In this document: positions 1-9,960 of the stretch, piece by piece
Position numbering within the stretch: position 1 is the stretch's first letter
How the letters are laid out: each line of letters starts with the position of its first letter
Position numbers and translations under genes: made by a program
The notes under the pieces: model-generated
Databases searched by the model: none
What the model saw: only the letters and a program-made list of their open reading frames with translations
What the model was told of the DNA's origin: nothing
NCBI GenBank assembly: GCA_965221695.1
Contig: OZ244905.1
Coordinates: forward strand, 2,080,001 to 2,144,000
DNA: 64,000 nt
Direction of reading: 5' to 3'
Source: Gammaproteobacteria bacterium
GTDB lineage: Bacteria > Pseudomonadota > Gammaproteobacteria > Eutrophobiales > Eutrophobiaceae

Positions 1-166
1 AGGCAGCAGCCTCAGCGGGACGATCAAGATGAACAACCGTGTCCGCATGTCTGGCCGCGGTAGTCGTTTTTCCTGTTGCCCGTGGACCAACGATCAGCAA
101 GGACGGCAGCTCTGCCAACAGTTCTGCCAGTTGCGAGTCGATCAACCGGGTTCGATACTCATTCAT
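1..166 (-). CDS. AAA+ ATPase (COG1373/DUF4143-like), N-terminal part; runs off the window edge
   Basis: Manual translation from ATG at 166: MNEYRTRLIDSQLAELLAELPSLLIVGPRATGKTTTAARH, with Walker A GPRATGKT; not in the ORF track. Confidence 0.75.
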   Translation of the reverse strand, partial: MNEYRTRLIDSQLAELLAELPSLLIVGPRATGKTTTAARHADTVVHLDRPAEAAA

Positions 167-177
167 TACGGCCTATA

Positions 178-247
178 ATACCGTTTTCACGCGCTGTTGA
201 ATACCGTTTTCCCACACCCTTGAGTACCGTTTTCACGCGAACGCTGA
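178..247. repeat. Three tandem 23-24 bp direct repeats (core TACCGTTTTC) upstream of the AAA gene
   Basis: ataccgttttcacgcgctgttga / ataccgttttcccacacccttga / gtaccgttttcacgcgaacgctga. Confidence 0.75.
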
Positions 248-268
248 TAAGCGCCTTATAAGCAATTT

Positions 269-2023
269 CTAGACTGGCTTGTCGCGCTCTTTCTCCCCGG
301 CATACAAACGGGAATACATCCCGCCTTGAACGATTAGCTGCGAATGCGTGCCGGCTTCTACCAGTCTGCCGTTGTCGAGGACGGCTATCTGGTCCGCATT
401 CTCAATTGCGCTCAGGCGGTGGGCAATGACAATACAGGTTTTGTTCTCGCGGATGGATTCCAGCGCCTGTTGGATGCTGCGCTCGGATTCCGTATCCAGG
501 GCGGCGGTGGCCTCGTCCAGGATCAGGATGGGCGCGTCTTTCAACAGCGCCCGGGCCAGGGCGATGCGCTGCCGCTGCCCGCCCGACAAGCGCGAACCGT
601 CATTGCCGATGACCGTATCGAACCCGTCTTCCAGGGCTTCGATGAATCCCAGGGCATCGGCCAGGCGGGCGGCTTCCCTGACCCGTTCCGGCGGCGCGCC
701 CCGGTTGCCGCCATAGGCGATGTTATTGAACACGGTATCGTTGAACAGAACCACATGCTGGCTGACCAGGGCAATATTCTCCCGCAGCGCGGCCGGGGAA
801 AGATCGCGTATGTCATGTCCGTCCACCCGGATCTCGCCGCTGGTCATATCATAAAACCGGGCGATTAGGTCCACGAGGGAGGTCTTGCCGCTGCCGGAAG
901 GGCCGGCGATAGCGAGCATCTGTCCCGGCCGGGCCGTGACCGATATGTCCTGCAATACCGGCGCGTTTGCCGCGTCATAGGCAAAACCCAGATCGCGTAT
1001 TTCGATGTGCCCGGTCAGCGCCGCGGCGGTCTTGCCTGTGTCGGGTTCCGCTTCCTGGTCAATAAAGGCAAACACACTCTCACTGGCCGTCAGGCCTTTT
1101 TGCAAGTCCTCGTTGATGCGCGCCAGCCGCCGTAACGGGCTTAACAACATCAACAACGCGGCAAAAAAAGAATTGAATTCAGCCACGGATATCCGCTCGG
1201 CGCCCGCTTGTGCCGCAGCCGCGTAAACGATGACTCCCAGCGCCAGCGCGGTAACCACGTTGATCGCCGGCACGCCTGCCGCTGAGGCTGCGACAAATTT
1301 CATGTGCATGCGACGGTTGGCATTGGCTGTATCGCTGAACTTCTCACCCTCCTGATCCTGGCCCGCAAAAACCTTGATGATCCTGTGCGCGGCGATGGCC
1401 TCGTTCAACACATGATGCAATTCGGACATGGAATCCTGCACGCGCTGGCTTAACCTGCGCAAACGCCGGCGCAACGCCAACAGCACTGACAGGATAACCG
1501 GCCCGGCCGTTAACGCGATCAGGGTCAGCAGCCAGTCGATATAAGCCATCCACGCCACCAGGCCGATGATGCTCAATGTCTCTCTGCCCAGGGTGGTTAT
1601 GACGTTGGTGGCCGCCTCTTTCAGTTGGGTCGCATCAAACGTGAACCGGGAGACCAGGCTGCCGGTGGTATGCCGATCCAGCGCCGCGCAAGGCAGTGAT
1701 TGCAGGCGGTTGAACATCTGCACGCGCAAGTCCATGACCAGCCGCTCCGCGACCCAGGCAAGCGCATAACGGCTGATATATGACGACACCGCGGCAACCA
1801 GGAAGACCAGGATGACAGGCAGCGCCACCCCGGTAACCAGGTCGATCTCGGTAGTCTGAAAAACCCCTTCGGTAATCCTCTTGAACAATGCGGCAATAGC
1901 CGGACTGGTCAGCGCCAGAACCACCAGGGCAATCACGGCAATCAGAAAAATCCTCAGATGGGGTCTTACATGGGCCAACAAGCGCAAATAAAGCGCGAGA
2001 TCAGTGGGTTTGTTTCGCTGCAT
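269..2023 (-). CDS. msbA: Lipid A export ABC transporter MsbA-like
   Basis: N-terminal TM domain, Walker A GPSGSGKT, signature LSGGQRQR, Walker B ILILDEAT; 584 aa. Confidence 0.85.
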   Translation of the reverse strand: MQRNKPTDLALYLRLLAHVRPHLRIFLIAVIALVVLALTSPAIAALFKRITEGVFQTTEIDLVTGVALPVILVFLVAAVSSYISRYALAWVAERLVMDLRVQMFNRLQSLPCAALDRHTTGSLVSRFTFDATQLKEAATNVITTLGRETLSIIGLVAWMAYIDWLLTLIALTAGPVILSVLLALRRRLRRLSQRVQDSMSELHHVLNEAIAAHRIIKVFAGQDQEGEKFSDTANANRRMHMKFVAASAAGVPAINVVTALALGVIVYAAAAQAGAERISVAEFNSFFAALLMLLSPLRRLARINEDLQKGLTASESVFAFIDQEAEPDTGKTAAALTGHIEIRDLGFAYDAANAPVLQDISVTARPGQMLAIAGPSGSGKTSLVDLIARFYDMTSGEIRVDGHDIRDLSPAALRENIALVSQHVVLFNDTVFNNIAYGGNRGAPPERVREAARLADALGFIEALEDGFDTVIGNDGSRLSGGQRQRIALARALLKDAPILILDEATAALDTESERSIQQALESIRENKTCIVIAHRLSAIENADQIAVLDNGRLVEAGTHSQLIVQGGMYSRLYAGEKERDKPV

Positions 2024-2080
2024 GATGACAGAATGTAACAGAATTGGCCCTGGGCTAGATTATGGTTGCCATTAAGTACA

Positions 2081-2161
2081 GGAACCTCTGAGATTAAGTC
2101 CCAACGTTACAGGGATGAGCGCGCTCTGACAAGTCCTGGATGGACTTGTTCAGGGCTTTCT
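2081..2161. repeat. MITE/REPIN-like family A, inverted copy
   Basis: Reverse complement closely matches 27834-27921 (GGAA(G/C)CTCTGA ends; internal palindrome ctctgacaagtcc..ggacttgttcag). Confidence 0.75.
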
Positions 2162-2246
2162 ATAAAATAACAGTGTCTGTTATCCTTGCGCCGCCTGTTC
2201 CCGGGCGCAAGCGTTGACCCACACACGCCATTTTGCAAGGGGGAGC

Positions 2247-3128
2247 ATGTCAAAAAAACATCCCATTATCGCAGTAACCGGCTCATCGGGGGCAGGGACA
2301 ACCAATATCAAAGAGGCGTTCGAGAAGATATTCAATCGCCAGGGCATCAACGCCGCGGTGATAGAAGGCGACAGCTACCACCGCTACAACCGGGAGGAAA
2401 TGGAACAACTCTCCCGCGAGGCGATGCGCAAAGGGAAGCACATCACCCACTTTGGACCGGAAGGCAACCTGTTACAGGAACTTGAAGCCAGCTTCAGGGA
2501 GTACGCCGAGCACGGCGCCGGCAAGCAGCGTCATTATATCCACAACGACGCAGAAGCTGCCCGCCATGGCGGCGCTCCAGGCACGCTGACGCCGTGGAAA
2601 CCGCTGCCGGATAATACGGATTTAATGCTGTACGAGGGACTGCACGGCGGCTTGATCACCGACCAGGTTAACATCGCCCAATATGTGGACGTGCTCATTG
2701 GCATCACGCCCATCATCAACCTGGAGTGGATCCAGAAAATCCAGCGGGACAAGGCCGTGCGCGGCTACAGCATTGAAGACGCAACCGGCATGATCCTGGA
2801 GCGCATGTATGATTATGTCCACTACATCACGCCGCAATTCTCCCGCACTGATATCAACCTGCAACGCGTTCCCACCATCGACACCGCCAACCCGTTCGGC
2901 GCGGTGCATATCCCATCAAGCGACGAAAGTTTTACCGTCATCCACGTGCGCAACCGGGAGAAACTGGCGGTCGATTTCCTGTACTTGCTCGATATGCTGC
3001 ATGGCTCTTTCATGTCCACGCCGTACACGATCGTGATCCCCGCCGGCAAAACCAACTTTGCCATCCAGTTGATCATCGAACCGCTGATCAAACGCATCAT
3101 GGCCGTGAAGGAAACAGCGGAAGATTGA
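2247..3128 (+). CDS. prkB: Phosphoribulokinase
   Basis: MSKKHPIIAVTGSSGAGTT, YEGLHG, INLEWIQKI, YITPQFSRTDINLQRVP motifs; ATG 2247 preceded by GGAG. Confidence 0.92.
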   Translation: MSKKHPIIAVTGSSGAGTTNIKEAFEKIFNRQGINAAVIEGDSYHRYNREEMEQLSREAMRKGKHITHFGPEGNLLQELEASFREYAEHGAGKQRHYIHNDAEAARHGGAPGTLTPWKPLPDNTDLMLYEGLHGGLITDQVNIAQYVDVLIGITPIINLEWIQKIQRDKAVRGYSIEDATGMILERMYDYVHYITPQFSRTDINLQRVPTIDTANPFGAVHIPSSDESFTVIHVRNREKLAVDFLYLLDMLHGSFMSTPYTIVIPAGKTNFAIQLIIEPLIKRIMAVKETAED

Positions 3129-3136
3129 GAGAGGAT

Positions 3137-3172
3137 TAAGGAAACTCTCAGATTACGTCAGAGCTTCCTTAA
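3137..3172. repeat. Minimal family A element (two terminal repeats only)
   Basis: taaggaaactctcagattacgtcagagcttccttaa. Confidence 0.65.
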
Positions 3173-3186
3173 CCGGAAAGGGTACA

Positions 3187-3505
3187 AGCCCGAAAATCTC
3201 ACCAATTGATGCGATGATCGCTGAGGATTTTTTGATGCGCCCCATCCGTGGGGCGCCCCCTTCGGGCATCCTTCGGATGTCCAAATCCGCTCCAGGCGGA
3301 TTTGTGCGTCAGTACGCGGGCGCTCGTGACCGAAAGCATAGTGGTTCTTCTGGTTGAGGGAACATGTGCCCGCTAACGCAAAAAAGACCAGCGAGGGCGC
3401 ATCAAGCGCAGTGTGTAATGGCAACATACTCGACAGATTACCATAACTCATTGACAGCAAACATCTATCCGATGCTGACAAGCGAATTGGTGAGATTTTC
3501 GGGCT
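3187..3505. mobile_element. MITE-like family B, long copy
   Basis: 21-bp terminal inverted repeats agcccgaaaatctcaccaatt / aattggtgagattttcgggct; nested GC-rich hairpins inside; shorter copy at 15278-15415. Confidence 0.8.
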
Positions 3506-3506
3506 G

Positions 3507-4328
3507 TCAGCCCTGATACTGCGCCAGCGCGCGTGTTGTGGCGGCCTCGTGTGTGCCGGTTGCGATATTCAGGCCCTGCTGGTAATACTTTACGGCCGCG
3601 GCGCGGTCGCCTTGCTCATCCAGCAGGATAGCCAGTTCCTGGTATGCGGCCGGGCTGGGTTGCAATTGCAGGCTTTGTTCAAAATAGCTTCTGGCCTTTC
3701 CCCACAGTTGATTTTTTTTGCACAAGCGTCCGAGCGCCAACAGCAGGTGCGGGTCCTCGGGGCGCCGGCGCAGATACTCCTCCGCAAATTCCTGTTGCTG
3801 CTTCGGGTTCTTGCCTTCGACCAGGCCGAACAGGCGCACCAGTTCCGGTTCCCATTCTCGCTTGAGCGCTTGCCGCAGTACCGCCTCGCAATCGCTCCCG
3901 CCGCCGAATCGAAGCCGCTCATTTACATAAGCCCCTATCAGCGCGCTCTTTTTTTTCAGCTTCCGTGGTGTCTTCCGCCACGCGCTTTGCAGCGCCTTGG
4001 AGTCTTGCGCGCTTCCGGCCTGGCGCAGTAACCCTGCATAGGACGACAGTTGTTCAGCTTCGGTCTCCGCTGCGGACATCCGGCTGTCGCGCCGGTGTTC
4101 GGACCAGCGGCGCAGGCCGGACGGGATTCTCAGCAACTTTTCCAGCGTACGTAACAACAGATAACCCAGCAACAACAGGATGATGAACGCGATCGCAAAT
4201 ACGACCAGGCTGGTCTGGATGATCCATCCTCTGAAGCTGAACACCACCTCGCCCGGCGCTTGTTGCAGCGCATACCCCAAAGCGACGGCCAACAGCAGCA
4301 CGCCGAGTAATGTGAACAATAACCTCAT
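3507..4328 (-). CDS. hemY: HemY-family TPR protein (short form)
   Basis: Two N-terminal TM segments, C-terminal LLLALGRLC..QLWGKARSYFEQSL; follows hemX. Confidence 0.8.
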   Translation of the reverse strand: MRLLFTLLGVLLLAVALGYALQQAPGEVVFSFRGWIIQTSLVVFAIAFIILLLLGYLLLRTLEKLLRIPSGLRRWSEHRRDSRMSAAETEAEQLSSYAGLLRQAGSAQDSKALQSAWRKTPRKLKKKSALIGAYVNERLRFGGGSDCEAVLRQALKREWEPELVRLFGLVEGKNPKQQQEFAEEYLRRRPEDPHLLLALGRLCKKNQLWGKARSYFEQSLQLQPSPAAYQELAILLDEQGDRAAAVKYYQQGLNIATGTHEAATTRALAQYQG

Positions 4329-5476
4329 TACCGCGCTTCACCCGCGGCGGCCGGATTGCCCTGTTGCGCCAGGTACGCATCAAACGCATTCAATGTGGCA
4401 TTAATCGATGCTACCGGTCGCTCCAGATCGGCACTGGCTGCAGCGTCAAGAATTTCCAGCGCGTTGCGAACCCGATCATCGCCGGTATCAAAGAATTCAT
4501 TCAACCAATCCACGCCGGCGCTGGTGGATTCCCGGAGCTGGTCCCCGTCCCGGATTAACACCGCCAGGCGCGCCGCTTCCAGTTGCAGGCGCAGGTTTTG
4601 TTGCAGGAAGAAGCGCTCCCGGGGCGCAAGCAGCGCGACGGAACTCCGGTCGGTGCGGGATATTACGAGCAGCGATTTCAGTTCCTGCCACAGCGCGTGC
4701 GCGAGTTGGCGCCAGCGGCCTTCCGGCGCGACCGGGTCGACGGCCGGCACCGGCTCCTCTGCCGCGGAAGCGCTTAGATTGAGCGGCAGTTGTTCCACCC
4801 GTTCGGCCAGGTCGCCCAAGGCCAGGACAATACCCGTGATGTCTGTTCCGGCAAACGCTTCAAGCCGGTTGATATCGGCGATCAACTGTTCGCGCACGGG
4901 GATGAGCGTCGGGTCCGGGATTTCCTTCAACCCGGCATCCGCTGAGCGTAATATCGCCTGCACGGTATCAGTATCGCCGGCCAGCGCAAGTCGCTGCGCC
5001 GCGATCCGCAACAGGTACCTGATCTCTGCCAATTGCCAATCCACAGCGTCATGACTTTGACTCTGCGGTCTGTTGAGGTTGCGCAATATACCGCCAAGCT
5101 GTTCATCGATCCGGGCCAACCGGCTGTCACGCCGGCGCGCATTTTCCGTCAGTGACGCATGATCCTGTTGTAGCGCTTCCAGCCTGTCCTGCAGAAGCAA
5201 AATCTCAGCCTGTTGAGCTTCGCGGTGTTTGTTGATATCAAGAATATAATACCCGGATGCGACGGCGGCGCCGACAAGCAGGATAAAGAGCAACAAGGTA
5301 GTGAACCAGGACCTCCCGCCGGCGCTCCGCCTGTTCTGATCCACGGGTTCTGAAGTATCGGGCTGCTCAGCCGTATCGGACGCAGCAGCGTCCGTTACGT
5401 GCGCGTTCGCAGCAGTGTCTTCGGCGGTTTCTTCCAGGACTTTTTCCTGTGCCATGTCGTCACTCTTGTCGTTCAC
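4328..5476 (-). CDS. hemX: HemX-family protein
   Basis: TM anchor plus coiled coil, WQLAEIRYLLRIA and FLQQNLRLQLEAARLA; position in hemCDXY. Confidence 0.88.
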   Translation of the reverse strand: MNDKSDDMAQEKVLEETAEDTAANAHVTDAAASDTAEQPDTSEPVDQNRRSAGGRSWFTTLLLFILLVGAAVASGYYILDINKHREAQQAEILLLQDRLEALQQDHASLTENARRRDSRLARIDEQLGGILRNLNRPQSQSHDAVDWQLAEIRYLLRIAAQRLALAGDTDTVQAILRSADAGLKEIPDPTLIPVREQLIADINRLEAFAGTDITGIVLALGDLAERVEQLPLNLSASAAEEPVPAVDPVAPEGRWRQLAHALWQELKSLLVISRTDRSSVALLAPRERFFLQQNLRLQLEAARLAVLIRDGDQLRESTSAGVDWLNEFFDTGDDRVRNALEILDAAASADLERPVASINATLNAFDAYLAQQGNPAAAGEAR

Positions 5477-6255
5477 TTTATCACTCTCTCAGCTACCTCC
5501 AGCAAGGCATCCACCAGGCCCGCATCGGTATTATCCGTCGCCACGGCAATGTGCCTGAACCCCGACTCCTGCGCGTGTTCCCGGATGCGCTCGCTCATCA
5601 CCACCATCGGCGTTTCCATCAACCGGCGGTTCTCAGCGGCCGGAGTCAGTTCGACCAGGTTATCCAACCCCGCCAGGCTTGTGATGATGACCGCGCCCGG
5701 CTTCCGATCATGCCAGAATTCAGTCATTTCTGCCTGACTTATATCAGGTTTGTCCCGCCGGTATACTTCCAGGTAGTCCACCACCGCGCCGCGCGCCAGC
5801 AACTCGTCGCGCAACGCCTCTCGACCACCCTGTCCGCGCAGGATGACGACCCGTTTGTTGCTGATGGCCGCATCACTCAATACCGGCAACCGCAACAGCG
5901 CGTCACTGCCGCCGGCGCCGGCCTGCACGACCCGGTCAAACCCTGATGCGCTCAGGCTGCGGGCAGTGGCCTGACCGACGGCAAGCATGGTCTTGCCGCG
6001 TAATGTGACGGCCAGGTCCGGAAATTGCGCCAGCGCGTAACTGACAGCATTGCTGCTGATAAAAATGGCTGCGTCGGCATGTGCCAGCAGAGATTGATGC
6101 GCCGCTGCTTCCTGCAAGGGTTTTATCACCAGCGTAGGCAACAGCAGCGGCGCGCCGTTTCGTTGTTCGATCATCCCGCACAGATTACCCGCCTGGTTCT
6201 CGGGCCGGGTTACCCAGACAGTTAACCCCGACAGAGTCGTGTCATTATCTGCCAT
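5473..6255 (-). CDS. hemD: Uroporphyrinogen-III synthase
   Basis: VWVTRPENQA, FISSNAV, RGQGGREAL, EVYRR. Confidence 0.92.
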   Translation of the reverse strand: MADNDTTLSGLTVWVTRPENQAGNLCGMIEQRNGAPLLLPTLVIKPLQEAAAHQSLLAHADAAIFISSNAVSYALAQFPDLAVTLRGKTMLAVGQATARSLSASGFDRVVQAGAGGSDALLRLPVLSDAAISNKRVVILRGQGGREALRDELLARGAVVDYLEVYRRDKPDISQAEMTEFWHDRKPGAVIITSLAGLDNLVELTPAAENRRLMETPMVVMSERIREHAQESGFRHIAVATDNTDAGLVDALLEVAERVIK

Positions 6256-7180
6256 TGCCCATCACCTCCGCCAGAATTTCGTCCGCGCCCTGCCGCAGCA
6301 ACCCCTCGGCCAGATCATAACCGAGTTGTTCGGCGTGAGCCGCAGCGCCGCTGATGCGGTCTTTCACTATCCTGGAACCATCCGGACTGCCCACCAGCGC
6401 GGTCATAGACAGTGTCTCGCCTGAGATCTGCGCATAGCCGGCAAGCGGCAGGTGGCAGCCGCCATACAGTTTCCGGGACAACGCCCGTTCAGCGTCCACA
6501 CAGGTCTGTGTCGGCCTGTGGTTCAGCGGCTGCACCAACTGCTCCACTCGCGCGTCATTTTCTCTGATCTCAATCCCCAACGCGCCCTGGCCTATGGCCG
6601 GCAGCATATCTGCCACATCCAGGTACGCGCTGATCCGGTGTTCCCTGCCCAGCCGCTTGATCCCGGCCGCGGCAAGCGCCAGGGCATCATACTCACCGTT
6701 ATCCAACTTTTGCAGCCTGCTGTCCACGTTTCCGCGTATGTCCCGCAGGGCCAGTTTCGGGTAGGCTGCATTGAGCTGGCATTGCCTGCGTAAACTTGAC
6801 GTCCCTATGCGCCCGCCCGCCGGCATTTCTTCCGGGGACATGTAACGATTCGATATGAACACATCGCGCGCATCCTCTCTTTCCATGATTGCCCCCAGCG
6901 TCAGGCCCGCGGGCATGTCTACCGTGACATCCTTCATCGAATGCACCGCCAGGTCGGCCTCATGATTCAACAGCGCCTGTTCCAGTTCCTTCACAAATAC
7001 ACCCTTGCCTCCCATTTCAGACAGCGCCTTGTGCAAAAACCGGTCAGCCAAGGTCTTTACGGCACTGATCCGGACTTCCAGGCCGGGATGCGTTTCCTGC
7101 AGGCGCGCGCGCACGAACTGCGCCTGCCACATGGCAAGAGGACTTTCTCTCGAAACAATACGCAAACTTGAACTGCCCAT
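6245..7180 (-). CDS. hemC: Porphobilinogen deaminase
   Basis: SRESPLAMWQA, GGKGVFVKELE, AVHSMKD, GTSSLRR, GGCHLP. Confidence 0.96.
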   Translation of the reverse strand: MGSSSLRIVSRESPLAMWQAQFVRARLQETHPGLEVRISAVKTLADRFLHKALSEMGGKGVFVKELEQALLNHEADLAVHSMKDVTVDMPAGLTLGAIMEREDARDVFISNRYMSPEEMPAGGRIGTSSLRRQCQLNAAYPKLALRDIRGNVDSRLQKLDNGEYDALALAAAGIKRLGREHRISAYLDVADMLPAIGQGALGIEIRENDARVEQLVQPLNHRPTQTCVDAERALSRKLYGGCHLPLAGYAQISGETLSMTALVGSPDGSRIVKDRISGAAAHAEQLGYDLAEGLLRQGADEILAEVMGNGR

Positions 7181-7398
7181 AACTCCACCGTTTCCACATA
7201 AGACCCGGATATTCCCTGTTTTATCCGGCTCAGGCGCTTTGACCTGCCACACAATCCGGATACACTAACAGGCTAGCTGTTGTTTGGAAACCTCAGACTT
7301 ACCTTTCTTCAACTTGGACGGTAATATATTGCGTTAAGGAAACTCTGAAATTGCACCCATTCGCATGGGGCAAGACGACAAATTTTGCATACTGGCTA

Positions 7399-8355
7399 AT
7401 GATGAAACTGGGCGTAATCATGGATCCTATTGCCGGGATCACGGTCGAAAAAGACACGACCCTGGCGCTGCTGCTCGCGTCCCAGCACAGGGGATGGGAG
7501 ATCTATTACATGGAAATGAAGGATGTTTACCTTGCCGGCAACATCCCGCTGGCACGCGCCCGTATCCTGACGGTTGCCGATGACCCTTCCGATTGGTACC
7601 AATTTCATCGCCACACGGAACTGGCGCTGCCGGAACTGGACGTGATACTGATGCGCAAGGATCCGCCTTTCAATATGGAATACATTTACATGACTTATAT
7701 CCTGGAGCACGCGGCGGCGCAGGGCGCGCTGGTGGTCAATGCCCCGAACGCGCTGCGGGATGTCAATGAAAAGGCATTCATCACCCATTTCCCGCAGTGC
7801 ATACCGCCCACCTTGATCAGCCGTGACCCGCAGGACTTGCTCGCGTTCATCGAACAGCATGACCAGGTGGTATTCAAACCACTGGACGGTATGGGCGGCG
7901 CGTCGGTGTTCCGTACCGGCAGGGAGGATGTCAATACAAATACCATCATCGAAACCCTGACCCGAAATTCGCAAAGCTTTATCATGGCCCAACAGTATCT
8001 TCCGGCAATCGAACAAGGTGACAAGCGCATTCTGCTTATCGACGGGCAGCCCTATGAACATGCGCTGGCGCGCATTCCAAAGCGCGGCGAGCTACGTGCC
8101 AACCTGGCGGCGGGCGGTACCGGTAAGGGAGTGGACCTCAACGACAGGGATTACTGGATCTGTGAACAGGTCGGCCCGCAGCTCAGCGCGCTGGGGTTGG
8201 TCTTTGTCGGGCTGGACGTTATCGGTGACTATCTCACGGAGATCAACGTAACCAGTCCTACCTGCGTGAGGGAACTCGAACGTCTCTACGACAGCGACAT
8301 CGCCGGTAAGGTCATCGACTGCATTGCTGCGAAGACATGCCTGGAACCAGGGTAG
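7399..8355 (+). CDS. gshB: Glutathione synthetase
   Basis: MRKDPPFNMEYIY, KPLDGMGG, RANLAAGG, TEINVTSPT. Confidence 0.96.
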   Translation: MMKLGVIMDPIAGITVEKDTTLALLLASQHRGWEIYYMEMKDVYLAGNIPLARARILTVADDPSDWYQFHRHTELALPELDVILMRKDPPFNMEYIYMTYILEHAAAQGALVVNAPNALRDVNEKAFITHFPQCIPPTLISRDPQDLLAFIEQHDQVVFKPLDGMGGASVFRTGREDVNTNTIIETLTRNSQSFIMAQQYLPAIEQGDKRILLIDGQPYEHALARIPKRGELRANLAAGGTGKGVDLNDRDYWICEQVGPQLSALGLVFVGLDVIGDYLTEINVTSPTCVRELERLYDSDIAGKVIDCIAAKTCLEPG

Positions 8356-8378
8356 CCGTTTTGAGTAATACCACGGCG

Positions 8379-9317
8379 ATGCGCGCGGATTTGAATTGGG
8401 AGAAACCGGCTATAACGGCAGCAGCGGCTACTCGACCGCCGAAGCTGACACCTGATGACCGTCTGAGCCTGACATTCTGTCTGGCCATGATTTTCCATGC
8501 CCTGGTGGTTTTGGGTATCGTCTTTGTGCCGGAGGAAAAAGCAAACCCGCGCTATGAATACATGGATATCGTTCTGGTACGGCAATCCTCAGACACGGTG
8601 GACGAAGCCAATGTCCTGGCACAAACCAACCTCAGCGGTGGCGGGGATACCGACGCGCAGGCCGTCCCGGCCTCACCGCTGCCGCTGTTGCCGATTGCGG
8701 AACAAATGGAGCCGGTCGAACCTCCGGCGCCGCAGCAGGTTGAACCGGCGCCGGAGCCAGAGTTGCCCCAGCCTGCGCCGGCGCCTGTCAAGGAGACCGT
8801 TGAACAACTGGCGGTAACAACTGAAAGCCCGACTACAACCGTGGCAAAAGCCCAAGACGACGCGCAGACAACACTCCCCAGCGCGGCGGAACTGATGAGC
8901 AACAGCCTGAGGATGGCCGCCCTGATTTCAGAGGTTGAACGCAAACTGGAAACCAGGGCAAACCGCCCCAAGAGGAAATTTATATCCGCCAATACCCGCG
9001 AATATAAATACGCGGCCTACATGGAAGCCTGGCGCGCAAAGGTGGAGCGGGTGGGGAACCTCAATTATCCGGAGGAAGCCAGAAGACGAAAAATCTCCGG
9101 AGATCTGGTGCTCGACGTCGCATTGAACCCGGACGGGAAGATAAATCAAATCACCGTTCGCAGGTCCTCCGGGCATGAAGTACTCGACGAAGCGGCGATA
9201 AGAATCGTTGAACTGGCGGCCCCGTATGCGCCCTTCCCCGAGGCTATCCGCGAAGAAACCGATGTCCTGCATATCACCAGGACCTGGCAGTTCCTGGACC
9301 AGAGCGGCTTCAGATAG
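8379..9317 (+). CDS. TonB-family energy transducer (start uncertain; 8337 possible)
   Basis: TM anchor, Pro-rich linker, TonB C-terminal domain (NYPEEARR...SSGHEVLDEAA). Confidence 0.85.
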   Translation: MRADLNWEKPAITAAAATRPPKLTPDDRLSLTFCLAMIFHALVVLGIVFVPEEKANPRYEYMDIVLVRQSSDTVDEANVLAQTNLSGGGDTDAQAVPASPLPLLPIAEQMEPVEPPAPQQVEPAPEPELPQPAPAPVKETVEQLAVTTESPTTTVAKAQDDAQTTLPSAAELMSNSLRMAALISEVERKLETRANRPKRKFISANTREYKYAAYMEAWRAKVERVGNLNYPEEARRRKISGDLVLDVALNPDGKINQITVRRSSGHEVLDEAAIRIVELAAPYAPFPEAIREETDVLHITRTWQFLDQSGFR

Positions 9318-9383
9318 GCAGCGTTTAACTTCGCGGTGGCAATCCGGCGCAGTTAGGGATACTATTATGCACTGAGGTGACTA

Positions 9384-9944
9384 ATGCAAGCCAGTAACTT
9401 AACCAACCAGTTTCTCATTGCGATGCCCAGCCTGAGAGACCCCAATTTTTCTCAAACGGTAACCTATATCTGCGCGCATAACGAGGACGGCGCGATGGGG
9501 CTGGTCATCAACCGGCCGGCGAATTGCGCGCTGGGCGAAATCCTGGACCAGATGGAGATGACGCCGCATGATCAATCGATAGAGAAACTGCCAGTTTACC
9601 TGGGCGGGCCGGTGCACACCGACAGGGGGTTCGTGCTGCACGAACCGGGCAGCAAGTGGGATTCATCCATTGAGGTCAGCGACTCGCTGGGCATAACGAC
9701 TTCCAGAGATATCTTGCACGCGATTGCGGAAAGCACCGGGCCGGATAAATTCCTGGTCGCGCTGGGTTACGCTGGCTGGTCGGCGGGGCAACTGGAAGAG
9801 GAAATCAAGGAAAATGCGTGGCTTAACGTACCCGCAAACCAGGATATTATTTTCAATACCCCTTGTGAGTTGCGCTGGTCGTCCGCTACCGCGTTGTTAG
9901 GCATCGACCACAACCAGTTATCGACCGGTTTCGGGACCGCCTGA
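9384..9944 (+). CDS. yqgE: YqgE/AlgH family protein
   Basis: FLIAMPSL.DPNF, GAMGLVINRP, GGPV, LGYAGW..GQLE.E. Confidence 0.93.
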   Translation: MQASNLTNQFLIAMPSLRDPNFSQTVTYICAHNEDGAMGLVINRPANCALGEILDQMEMTPHDQSIEKLPVYLGGPVHTDRGFVLHEPGSKWDSSIEVSDSLGITTSRDILHAIAESTGPDKFLVALGYAGWSAGQLEEEIKENAWLNVPANQDIIFNTPCELRWSSATALLGIDHNQLSTGFGTA

Positions 9945-9960
9945 CCCCGAGTTCCTCCGT

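Noticed and set aside
3158-3481. 107-aa ORF
   Set aside because: Lies almost entirely within the MITE-like repeats; probably spurious.
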